Part shown: positions 9,487 through 17,766 of the stretch, piece by piece | Layout: every line of letters begins with the position of its first letter | How positions within the stretch are numbered: position 1 is the stretch's first letter | Origin: a bacterium | Lineage (GTDB): Bacteria; Patescibacteriota; Andersenbacteria; UBA10190; CAIZMI01 | DNA: 55,785 nucleotides | NCBI GenBank assembly: GCA_030647555.1 | Contig: JAUSJG010000030.1 | Span: 1 to 55,785, forward strand | Direction: 5' to 3' | Position numbers and translations under genes: made by a program | The notes under the pieces: model-generated | Told to the model about the DNA's origin: nothing | Databases searched by the model: none | Seen by the model: the letters and a program-made list of their open reading frames with translations, nothing else

Positions 9487-11064
9487 TTATTTAACAACTG
9501 TTTCCGTCAAAACCGACGTACCGCTTAGGAAACTGCCGATTAATTTTGCGACAACCTGCGCGATGTCTGTGATTAGTTGTGTGGGTAGTCCGCTGGTGCT
9601 TAATTGTTGCAGAAGAGTGGTGGCTACTTTGCTGTTGCTGTCTAAAGTTGCGGTGGTTTGGTCTGCTTCAGTACATTCACCGATGTGTTTAATGGCGATT
9701 TGGTTTTTGTATTCAGCCACACAGCGATTCGCGTATGTAATCGCATCGGCTCCACACACTGCTTGTGCATCCGGGGGGCAAGCGAAAGCGCTTGGAGTCG
9801 GGGATGGGGATGTTGTTGGGTTTTGGTTGCCTTTACCTAGTCCTTGCAGGGCTTTCATAAGTTCCGGCAAAATTTTGTCGAGGCCACCACCACCTCCTCC
9901 GCCTGGTCCTCCGCCACCGCCACCCTCACCACCTTGGAGGTTTGGCCAGCCACCCGGGTTGTTGGCGCCCTGATTTCTAAGGTCTTCCGCGGTTGCTCTC
10001 AAGAACTTGCAATCGTCGGTAACTTTTGTGTCGTTGGTTGACTTCTTTGCCGCGGTGGGGCTTGGATTATCAGCACTGTCAGTAAATCTCAACGGATACG
10101 CGCCCGGTGTCATGCGCATTTCAGAACCGTTGTCTGGTTTGTACCCATTACGGGTGTCTGGATTAGCCTTGCTTTCTCCTGGGAATGTAAGCGCATATTT
10201 CGTGTGCTCACTTTTTGATTTTGGAATATATGGTGGCTTAAATCCTTCCGGCAGTTTTTCCTGTAGTTGTTTTTCGTTCGATTTGTTGCCAATTGTTACT
10301 CCACCGCCTCCAAGTTTGTCGTGGTGGAGTTTTCCTTTCTCGGTTAAGGAATTATAGTCGTCTTCTGATGTAACTCCCAGAGACCGTTTTGGGGGATTGT
10401 CTTTAAGGTACCACCAATTCAGCTGGCTCATTCTTTTTACCGGCACATCAATCCCATCAATATCTTTTGCACAAGAATCATCGACTCGACAAAATGGATT
10501 TTCAGCAAGAGTTGGACCTGCTGGGTTGTATTGCGCAAATTCCGGAAATTCATCCGCATCTTTGACTAAAGCTACGCCACTTTGGCCCCACATGTCGCCG
10601 TTAACTTTAGATTGGCCAGGTGGGACAAGACTACATTTGACACCTTTATCTAATTTCTTTTGTAGGTTGTCCCTTAGGGCCTTCATAACTTCGCTGGTCG
10701 GTGGTTTTAATGTTTCTGGGATACCGTTTTTCCCAAGATCTTTTTTGTCGACTTCTTTAACATCGAGACTGGCACCACGGAGTTGCTCTGCTATTTGTTT
10801 AGGAGAAAGTCCGTCTGCCAAGATACCTTTACCTAAAGCTTCGAGAGTGGCGTCACACGATGGACACCATGATTTTCCAGTTGTAACATCGAAAGTTCCT
10901 ACGTAGAGAACGGAGTTAACTGTATTGGCGCCACCGTTTGGAGGGCAACCTTGGGGGCCACAACCTGGCGCGGCATTAACCGAATTTTTTAAGGCATAGC
11001 CGGTAATACACAAAACGGCAATTACCAAACACGATTGCAATAAAGTTTTAAGTGATATTTTCAT
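9487..11064 (-). CDS. large secreted paralog with Kazal-like domain and family C-terminal tail
   Basis: ATG 1 nt after the upstream TAA, with AGGAGG inside the upstream gene end; signal peptide; KVTDDCKFLRATAEDL; poly-Gly; LMKALQGLGKG; CPPDAQAVCGADAITYANRC...GEC; tail LLQQLSTSGLPTQLITDIAQVV. Confidence 0.75.
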   Translation of the reverse strand: MKISLKTLLQSCLVIAVLCITGYALKNSVNAAPGCGPQGCPPNGGANTVNSVLYVGTFDVTTGKSWCPSCDATLEALGKGILADGLSPKQIAEQLRGASLDVKEVDKKDLGKNGIPETLKPPTSEVMKALRDNLQKKLDKGVKCSLVPPGQSKVNGDMWGQSGVALVKDADEFPEFAQYNPAGPTLAENPFCRVDDSCAKDIDGIDVPVKRMSQLNWWYLKDNPPKRSLGVTSEDDYNSLTEKGKLHHDKLGGGGVTIGNKSNEKQLQEKLPEGFKPPYIPKSKSEHTKYALTFPGESKANPDTRNGYKPDNGSEMRMTPGAYPLRFTDSADNPSPTAAKKSTNDTKVTDDCKFLRATAEDLRNQGANNPGGWPNLQGGEGGGGGGPGGGGGGGLDKILPELMKALQGLGKGNQNPTTSPSPTPSAFACPPDAQAVCGADAITYANRCVAEYKNQIAIKHIGECTEADQTTATLDSNSKVATTLLQQLSTSGLPTQLITDIAQVVAKLIGSFLSGTSVLTETVVK

Positions 11065-11065
11065 A

Positions 11066-11650
11066 TTAATTGCCTCCTACGGTTACGGTTGTGCCACAGA
11101 AGTCTGCGACGGAACCGGTGCCTTTGACACAGAATTTAAATATCCCACTATTTACGAAGCGGAAGATAAACATATCTTCTTTTTTGACAACCTGTTCGGT
11201 GGCTGTTTTGGCGTCGTCTTTGTAAATACGCATTGTTTTATCGCTACTCGAGCCATTGATTAAGTTTAGACAGTCGTTTTGGGCGACTTTTAATGAATCC
11301 GGTTTTAATGTCAAATCTTTTCCGGTGCCTGCTAAGAAAAATGTTTGATCGCAGAGAGTTGTTTTAGGAGTGGTGGGTGAATTGGTTGGTTGCACCGTGG
11401 CATAGCGTGGCAGTTGTTCCTCCACGTTACCTTTTTGCGGTGTATTACTACTCTGAAAAAGTTGCATCATCATTTGCATCAGGAGGGCGATGATCATAAT
11501 CATGCCACTGTCTTGCGCTTGGGCGTTTGGCGTGATGATAAATGCTACCGGCGAAATAAATTGCAGGCCGATGATGATTAGAACAAATAAAACACCCAAC
11601 TTAAAGGGAGTCCCAAACTTAGTATGAAGGCTACGAAATATTTTCTGCAT
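11066..11650 (-). CDS. small secreted Met-rich protein with 4-Cys beta-rich C-terminal domain, first gene of the operon
   Basis: start taken at MQKIFRSL (ORF track extends to 11725); TM/signal segment; MMMQLFQSS; GNVEEQLPRYATV; LCDQTFFLAG...KFCVK...FCGTTVTVGGN. Confidence 0.65.
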   Translation of the reverse strand: MQKIFRSLHTKFGTPFKLGVLFVLIIIGLQFISPVAFIITPNAQAQDSGMIMIIALLMQMMMQLFQSSNTPQKGNVEEQLPRYATVQPTNSPTTPKTTLCDQTFFLAGTGKDLTLKPDSLKVAQNDCLNLINGSSSDKTMRIYKDDAKTATEQVVKKEDMFIFRFVNSGIFKFCVKGTGSVADFCGTTVTVGGN

Positions 11651-11761
11651 TTTTGTATTTAGTGTTTTAGTTATTTTTATCCACCTAACATTAATTAGTA
11701 TAGCATGAATTGCAGTGTTGCACAAACGATATTTTTGAACTGCTTATAGGTTTGAAAGTTC

Positions 11762-11796
11762 GTCTTTGCGAGCCCTTTCAAGGGCGAAGCAATCTC
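11762..11796 (+). repeat. 35-nt GTCTTTGCGAG-hairpin-GAAGCAATCT element
   Basis: GTCTTTGCGAGCCCTTTCAAGGGCGAAGCAATCTC. Confidence 0.6.
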
Positions 11797-11818
11797 AGTG
11801 CTTTTTTGTTTATCGCGG

Positions 11819-11853
11819 GAGATTGCTTCGGCGTTGAAACGCCTCGCAAAGAC
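11819..11853 (-). repeat. 35-nt GTCTTTGCGAG-hairpin-GAAGCAATCT element (inverted copy)
   Basis: reverse complement reads GTCTTTGCGAGGCGTTTCAACGCCGAAGCAATCTC. Confidence 0.6.
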
Positions 11854-11988
11854 TGCGTTTTTTCGAATTACTTTCATGCGAGTGAGGAGTTACACGTTTT
11901 TTCGTTTGTTGTGAAAGAATCCCCGTCGGATCTTTTTAATGGGCAGTATTATTTTTTGTAATTAACGTCTATAATTAAGGAAAGAAAA

Positions 11989-13197
11989 ATGAAAACACTA
12001 AAACTTTTGCTTTTTTTTGTATTTCTGTTGCCACTGATCGCGCAAGCGGTTGGTGGTTGCTCCAATGGGAAGTGTTTAAATCCGAATCCGGTCGTTAGTC
12101 CAACATCGAAATCTTCTGATAAACCGGCTGATGCGCCTTCCTTGCCGAAACTGCCGGCCATGAACAGCGAAGATAAAAAGCCAACCCCTAATACCGAGGC
12201 GTGCGGATTTGTGAGCAAGGGAATGCAAGATGGCGGTGATGACGACAAAATGTATGGGCAACCGAATGTGGCGTCTTTCATGGACGAAGAGCCGTTATCA
12301 TATTACAGACCTATCCCGAATCCTGTGCCGATTGATTTTTATGATATTTCCGCTAGGCCGGATAATATTTTGTATTCTGCTTCGGATGTACATGGGCTGC
12401 CGACCTACTACTATGAAAGCGCCACTAACTTTTTTTATCGTACTCAAGGTGTGGATATGTGGAATAAAGGTCTGGGTGGAATAAGAACAAAATCAACATG
12501 GGACAAAAGCCAGCTCTATCCGGATATTCAGACGCGGTTGAATGAGGCAAGCGAGTATTACAAAGGATTATCCAATGAAGAAATTGTGCGGAAGGCGGTC
12601 GGCAAAAGGTCGGTAACAATAGTTTTGCCAACCATTGCGCAAAACAAAGACACTTCCAAGGTTTCATATATACCGGATAACGGTTCCAGTCAGGAAATTC
12701 GGCCAATTGTGGTGAATGAAGGCAGTGTCATTAGCAGTGTCAAAACTTTGCAAGACGGTCAAACGCCGGATACGAAAGTTAATGATGATTGTTCATTGAC
12801 GGAATTATCAAAAGACGAGGCAAAAAAGTTGCAAAACCCTCAGCCACCAAACGGATCAGGTTCACCACAAGGACAAGGTGGTGGCGGAGGGGGCGGTGGA
12901 GAAGATGGATTGAGTAAAATAATGTCGGCTTTACAGCAGGCTTTGAGTGCGGCCAAAGGCGGACAAAATAACAATGCCAACACGCAACCGCAGACGCAAC
13001 CGCAGGCAAGCGCGCAACCAACTCCCGCCTTTGTTCCTATGGCAAATAAGGTAGACGTTATCGGTCAGGCAATGAACGCCGGTATTCCTACGTCATTTCT
13101 GGAAAGTATTTTTCAGTCTATTACAAAACTATTGGAAAACATTTCACTGTACGGTCTGTCTAGCGATAAGACGGCGCGGACAGTAATTGTTCAGTGA
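11989..13197 (+). CDS. secreted paralog of the large-protein family (no Kazal knot)
   Basis: signal peptide MKTLKLLLFFVFLLPLIAQA; KVNDDCSLTELSKDEAKKL; GGGGGGGG; LSKIMSALQQAL; tail VIGQAMNAGIPTSFLESIFQSITKLL. Confidence 0.7.
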   Translation: MKTLKLLLFFVFLLPLIAQAVGGCSNGKCLNPNPVVSPTSKSSDKPADAPSLPKLPAMNSEDKKPTPNTEACGFVSKGMQDGGDDDKMYGQPNVASFMDEEPLSYYRPIPNPVPIDFYDISARPDNILYSASDVHGLPTYYYESATNFFYRTQGVDMWNKGLGGIRTKSTWDKSQLYPDIQTRLNEASEYYKGLSNEEIVRKAVGKRSVTIVLPTIAQNKDTSKVSYIPDNGSSQEIRPIVVNEGSVISSVKTLQDGQTPDTKVNDDCSLTELSKDEAKKLQNPQPPNGSGSPQGQGGGGGGGGEDGLSKIMSALQQALSAAKGGQNNNANTQPQTQPQASAQPTPAFVPMANKVDVIGQAMNAGIPTSFLESIFQSITKLLENISLYGLSSDKTARTVIVQ

Positions 13198-13497
13198 GGA
13201 AATAAGTCCAAGACATTGTGACTTGTTAGCCGATTCTCGTCGATCTACAGTAGTCTCCGGCGTCTGGTTTGATTTTTTGAGTAACTCCGTAACGTTGTGG
13301 AGTTTTTTGTTGACCAGCGTACCGTTCACGGAACGGAGCAAGGTTGCTCCGTTCCGTGAACGGGCGAAGCGGTTCGAATAATTCACTCTTGCCCATCCTC
13401 ACGGATGGTCAATGGTCCCCCCTCGCCGAGGCTATGGGGGGGGCGCAAAGACGCGAAACGCGTTAATTATTTCATACCCACTATTGCGTGTGGACTG

Positions 13498-14613
13498 TTA
13501 AACGCCACCAAATAGTTGCCACGTTTGAATCCCAATGTTACCAGCTAATGATTCAAACATATTGAATGGGAATGGGGTTAAATTACTCATCATATTCGTT
13601 ACCGGCTTAAGAAGCGAAGATGATGATGGCGGTACGGCCGGTGGTGGTACTGCGGGTGGCTCAAATTTCTGCGCGGCATCGGCGGCACTTTTTTGCAGAT
13701 TATCGAAATCTTCTTGTGTTGCCTCTACGAACGAACAATCAGCTGTCACTTTAGCTTTTTTACCATCAGCAGTGTCGTAAACTTGTCCTTTTACGTAGGC
13801 TCCAACGCCAGCTTTTTTTGTGGGATACATTTTTGATCCACCTTTTGTTTTATATCCTCCCTTGGGAGAGCTCATGTGTTCTTTTGCTTCATTTTCTCCA
13901 GGCAAAGGTGTTTCGCCTTTCCATCCCGCCCAGTCGGCATTAGATCTTCCCTCTTTTAATGAAAGTTCATTTTGAATTATGGGGTCAGCGCTTGCTGTTT
14001 TGGCGATCTTGAGGGCATCATCATCACGATAACCAAGATGTTTCTCGCGCAATTCCTTATTTGTTGGGGATTCCATCCCCTTTAGCGCTTCGTTTCCAAA
14101 AGCATCCTTGCCACCCGGATCTTTAGCGACTCCTTCTTCGCCCCACATATTGCCATATTCCGGCGTTTGGCCGGGTGTTACCAAGGCACAACCGTCATTT
14201 GTCGGTTTTTTGCCAAAAAGACTGCTTAGTAAATCGCCACCCTTTTTTGATGCTGCTTCCGCGGCATCTTGTATTTTTTTTCTCGCGATAAAATCGACTT
14301 GTTGATCGCTACCTAAGTATTTTGTAGCTGCTTTTGTATAAGCCTCTCCCGTATCAGGATCGAAAGTAGTTTTAGTTAACCTTGATAATTTTCCAGAGCT
14401 GGTCTCAAATAATTTTACTGTTTCACCTGCGGTGTTACTTGAATTAAACGTATTAAGTGTTATTGGTTTTAAGTTTTGAGAAATAAATGACGTCTGTCCC
14501 GCAGCCACGGGGTTTGATTGAGCCTTTATTATACTAAAATTTAAACCTAGCGCACCCATCGCGCATAGTATCAACGTCCCTAAAATTATTGAATGTTTTT
14601 TTAATTGTTTCAT
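13498..14613 (-). CDS. secreted paralog of the large-protein family (short form)
   Basis: signal peptide; CALVTPGQTPEYGNMWGEEG matches CSLVPPGQSKVNGDMWGQSG of 9487-11064; KVTADCSFVEATQEDF; Pro-rich linker. Confidence 0.7.
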   Translation of the reverse strand: MKQLKKHSIILGTLILCAMGALGLNFSIIKAQSNPVAAGQTSFISQNLKPITLNTFNSSNTAGETVKLFETSSGKLSRLTKTTFDPDTGEAYTKAATKYLGSDQQVDFIARKKIQDAAEAASKKGGDLLSSLFGKKPTNDGCALVTPGQTPEYGNMWGEEGVAKDPGGKDAFGNEALKGMESPTNKELREKHLGYRDDDALKIAKTASADPIIQNELSLKEGRSNADWAGWKGETPLPGENEAKEHMSSPKGGYKTKGGSKMYPTKKAGVGAYVKGQVYDTADGKKAKVTADCSFVEATQEDFDNLQKSAADAAQKFEPPAVPPPAVPPSSSSLLKPVTNMMSNLTPFPFNMFESLAGNIGIQTWQLFGGV

Positions 14614-14733
14614 GTGTGTATAAATAAAGGTTACAACATATTTATTACTTTGTCACAAACTTGACAAAAAACATAATTAAATATATAATTTTGGTGTTTC
14701 TTGTTCTACAAAATAATATAAAGGGAGATAGGC

Positions 14734-15108
14734 ATGTTCATTCTTTTAATGGCGACCGTGTTGGGGACAAACGGCCTGGCGCCCATTTCGGGACAAAACG
14801 AAATGCGGGTGGCCCTGGGCATGTCCGTTGTTCGTTCCGTGGACGGCGAAATGATCACTTTCCGTCTGCCGAAGGAGGCTAAGCTTACTCGGTATGATGA
14901 GGAAACAGTGATGATTTCTCATCCCCGTGTGCCTGGCCTAATCTTGCTCCAACGGTATGACCATGGTGAGTTCCGTTGGCGACTTATTGGCATAAAGGCA
15001 GAGGATGGAAAAATAGCCTCCGGTTGGGTGGCCGTGAACGAGCAAATCTTGCGAGACGAGTTGCGTTTCCTGGATACGCTCAAAGAGTCCGTCGACCAAA
15101 ACCGCTAG
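14734..15108 (+). CDS. hypothetical protein
   Basis: 124-aa ORF with GGGAG SD upstream of ATG; visibly more GC-rich than its neighbours. Confidence 0.5.
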   Translation: MFILLMATVLGTNGLAPISGQNEMRVALGMSVVRSVDGEMITFRLPKEAKLTRYDEETVMISHPRVPGLILLQRYDHGEFRWRLIGIKAEDGKIASGWVAVNEQILRDELRFLDTLKESVDQNR

Positions 15109-15367
15109 TTGCACTGCTGGCGGTATTTTTTATTGCCAAAACAGACAGAATTGCCACCAAGTTAGAGAAGAAGACGTCGTCGTTACCCTCCTTTGTTTAA
15201 AGTTGCACACGCCTCGGTGATGTTACTGTGATGAGCAAAGGGCGAGGGTGGATTAAGATAAGAAGCTAAGATTGTGCTTATATTCACAATCCCTCCCCGC
15301 CTCCCTTTAAATAAAGGGAGGACTCGCTACGCCTACCCGAAATGATCCACTATTGTGTGTGATTCTT

Positions 15368-16561
15368 TTATTGCACAAAGGAAGCGAGGTTGTCGCGAAT
15401 GGTTTTTAGTTTTGTGATATTTGTGTTTAATCCGGCCTGCAGTTCACGTGCCGCCAAGTACGCTTTTACCGGATCTGTTTTTCCATAAGTCTGAATTACT
15501 CCCAGGCGGTCGTTTAGAAACCTTGTTATTTGGACTAATAAAGTTTGGTGCGGTACGGCAGTTGCGGGAGTGGGAATGGCTAATAATTTTCCTTCGTAGG
15601 TTGTTAGGTTGCCTCGGATAGAAGCCAGTTGTTGTGTATTGCCATAGAACGCATTCATTAACGCGGTTGTTAGGGTGTTTGAGTCGAGAAGTTCGGTTGG
15701 TCGCATTGCATCTATTTTCGTTAAGTAATCATTTATATCGGCGGGGGTGTTGGTTTGAATAATATTTAATTCCGATACTTTTGCTTCCGGTAGGGTGGTG
15801 TTTAATTGCGCATTGGCCAGTGTTTGTTGGACTTGTTCCGGGGTTACTTTAACTTGCCCGATTTGGTTTGTGGGCGTGTTGCCAAGCATCAGGCCGGCCA
15901 AACCCTCGGTGTAGTTGGAGGAATTTGTGTTGGGGCGCATGGCGGCATCGGACAGTTGGGCTTTTTTTTCGGGTAACGCGTCGCTGCCTTTTCCGTCTCC
16001 CGTTTTGGCGGGATCATAGCCATTTGTAACTTCTACGCCATCTTTATAATTATCCCCGTCCGTATCCGGATTAAACGCGTCTGTCTCCCATTTACATTCT
16101 TGATCATCGGTTAAACCGTCATCATCACTATCCAGGCGGGCATTGCCAGGCGTTAGAGGATTATAGCCGTTCTTCACTTCGTCGCCGTCTTTATAACTGT
16201 CTCCGTCCGTATCAGGATTGTTGTTATCAGTTTTGTAAATTGTTTCCACGGTATCCGGTAAACCATCATTGTCGGTGTCGGTTTGGCCAACCCATTGTGT
16301 GGGGCAAGCACTTTTTGAATTGACTGTCAGGGTGCTTCCGTTTGAAATTGCGTTTGGGTCGGGGGTGCCGTTAAAAAGCGGATCGGAGCCGTTATTGTTT
16401 CCGTCACCAAAAAGCGGTGCTTCGGATGGTGTTGGTGAACTCGAGTCGGTTGGTGGTTGGTTTGTAGTTGTGTCCTTATTTCTTACTAATTGGAAAATAC
16501 CGACACTGGCAACGATGAGCAGTGCTACCCCGAGAACAATATAGAGAATTCTGTTTTGCAT
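15368..16561 (-). CDS. membrane-anchored thrombospondin type-3-repeat protein
   Basis: N-terminal TM; DTDNDGLPD, DPDTDGDSYKDGDE, DSDDDGLTDDQE, NPDTDGDNYKDG repeats; C-terminal helical domain. Confidence 0.75.
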   Translation of the reverse strand: MQNRILYIVLGVALLIVASVGIFQLVRNKDTTTNQPPTDSSSPTPSEAPLFGDGNNNGSDPLFNGTPDPNAISNGSTLTVNSKSACPTQWVGQTDTDNDGLPDTVETIYKTDNNNPDTDGDSYKDGDEVKNGYNPLTPGNARLDSDDDGLTDDQECKWETDAFNPDTDGDNYKDGVEVTNGYDPAKTGDGKGSDALPEKKAQLSDAAMRPNTNSSNYTEGLAGLMLGNTPTNQIGQVKVTPEQVQQTLANAQLNTTLPEAKVSELNIIQTNTPADINDYLTKIDAMRPTELLDSNTLTTALMNAFYGNTQQLASIRGNLTTYEGKLLAIPTPATAVPHQTLLVQITRFLNDRLGVIQTYGKTDPVKAYLAARELQAGLNTNITKLKTIRDNLASFVQ

Positions 16562-16653
16562 TTATTATTTTGGTTTACAAAAAGTATAGCACAAAAAATA
16601 ATTTAGTTGTTGCAACGGCACAGATTTGGAGTGTTGATTGATGATTTCAACAA

Positions 16654-17733
16654 CTATTTCGCTAACGCGTCTAATTTTTGTCTTTCAATTTTAAGCGCGT
16701 TTAAGTTATCGGAAAGAATTTTTTGTAAGCCGGTCGCGGCTTGTAATTGTTTTTGCGGGTCTTTTCCTGCCACAGAGGCGATAATTCCGAGTTGTTGGTT
16801 TACGGAACGCGCTAAAGAAACCAATAAAATTTGATGATTAATCGCGTTCTCGGGAGTGGAAATTTTGAGAATATCTTTTTCGTATGTGTTTAATTGTGCC
16901 AAGACTGGTTGAAGTTTTGAGCCATCTCCGTTAAAAGCGGCTACTAATGCGTCGGTAAAAGGCGTACCACCGATTAAAACAGCCGGACTGCTCTGATCAA
17001 CTGTAGCTAAATATGTTTTTACGTTAGCCGGTGTGCTGTTTTTGCTAATATTTAGTTCGGTACGGGCAACTTTTACGAAATTAACCGGAGGAAAAGTTGG
17101 CGCGACGGTGGCTCTTGGCGTGGCGGTTGGAAGTGTGGATGTGGTTGGGGTGGGTGTGCCAAAAACTATACCTGTTGGTTCCGGCGATGGTGAGAAACCC
17201 GGTATTGGGGTGGGTGATGTACCTCCAATGCGGGCGTTCCCTGGAATTAGCGGATCATAACCGTTTATTACTTCCGCGCCGTCATTAAAGCTATCTCCGT
17301 CCGAGTCTGCCTTAAACGCGTCTGTCTCCCATTTACATTCTTGATCATCGGTTAAACCGTCATTATCACTATCCAGTCTCGCGCTACCTGGCTTTAGTGG
17401 GTCATAACCATTCTTCACTTCTTCGCCATCTTTATAACTATCTCCGTCTGTATCAGGGTTATTGGTATCGGTTTTGTAGATTGCTTCCACGGTATCAGGT
17501 AGACCATCATTGTCTGTGTCGGTTTGACCAATCCATTGCGTGGGACAAATAGCGGCAACAAGCGGTCCGTCCGGTGTTGGAGTGGCGGTGAATATCGGGC
17601 TTTCGGTTGGGGTCGCCGTTGGTTCCGGTGAAGGACCAACGCCTGTTTTTTTGCCAAATAAAAAGTATCCGACAATGCCAAATACCAGTAGGGCAAATAC
17701 TATGGCGATAATGATGAGGTTGCGTTTCGACAT
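16654..17733 (-). CDS. membrane-anchored thrombospondin type-3-repeat protein (tandem paralog)
   Basis: same repeat series as 15368-16561; 64/65 nt identity between 17312-17376 and 16071-16135. Confidence 0.75.
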   Translation of the reverse strand: MSKRNLIIIAIVFALLVFGIVGYFLFGKKTGVGPSPEPTATPTESPIFTATPTPDGPLVAAICPTQWIGQTDTDNDGLPDTVEAIYKTDTNNPDTDGDSYKDGEEVKNGYDPLKPGSARLDSDNDGLTDDQECKWETDAFKADSDGDSFNDGAEVINGYDPLIPGNARIGGTSPTPIPGFSPSPEPTGIVFGTPTPTTSTLPTATPRATVAPTFPPVNFVKVARTELNISKNSTPANVKTYLATVDQSSPAVLIGGTPFTDALVAAFNGDGSKLQPVLAQLNTYEKDILKISTPENAINHQILLVSLARSVNQQLGIIASVAGKDPQKQLQAATGLQKILSDNLNALKIERQKLDALAK

Positions 17734-17766
17734 TGTTTGTTTTGTTTACTATTTATTAAATGTTTT

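Noticed and set aside
8730-11650. Cupredoxin (blue-copper) assignment for the small paired proteins
   Set aside because: The strand pattern is suggestive, but I cannot identify a His/Cys/His/Met ligand set conserved in both paralogs, so only a generic beta-sandwich is claimed.
11762-11853. The 35-nt GTCTTTGCGAG...GAAGCAATCT units considered as a CRISPR array
   Set aside because: There are only two units here and they are in inverted orientation. Other copies are solitary, the hairpin sequence differs between copies, there are no regularly spaced spacers, and there are no cas genes in the window.
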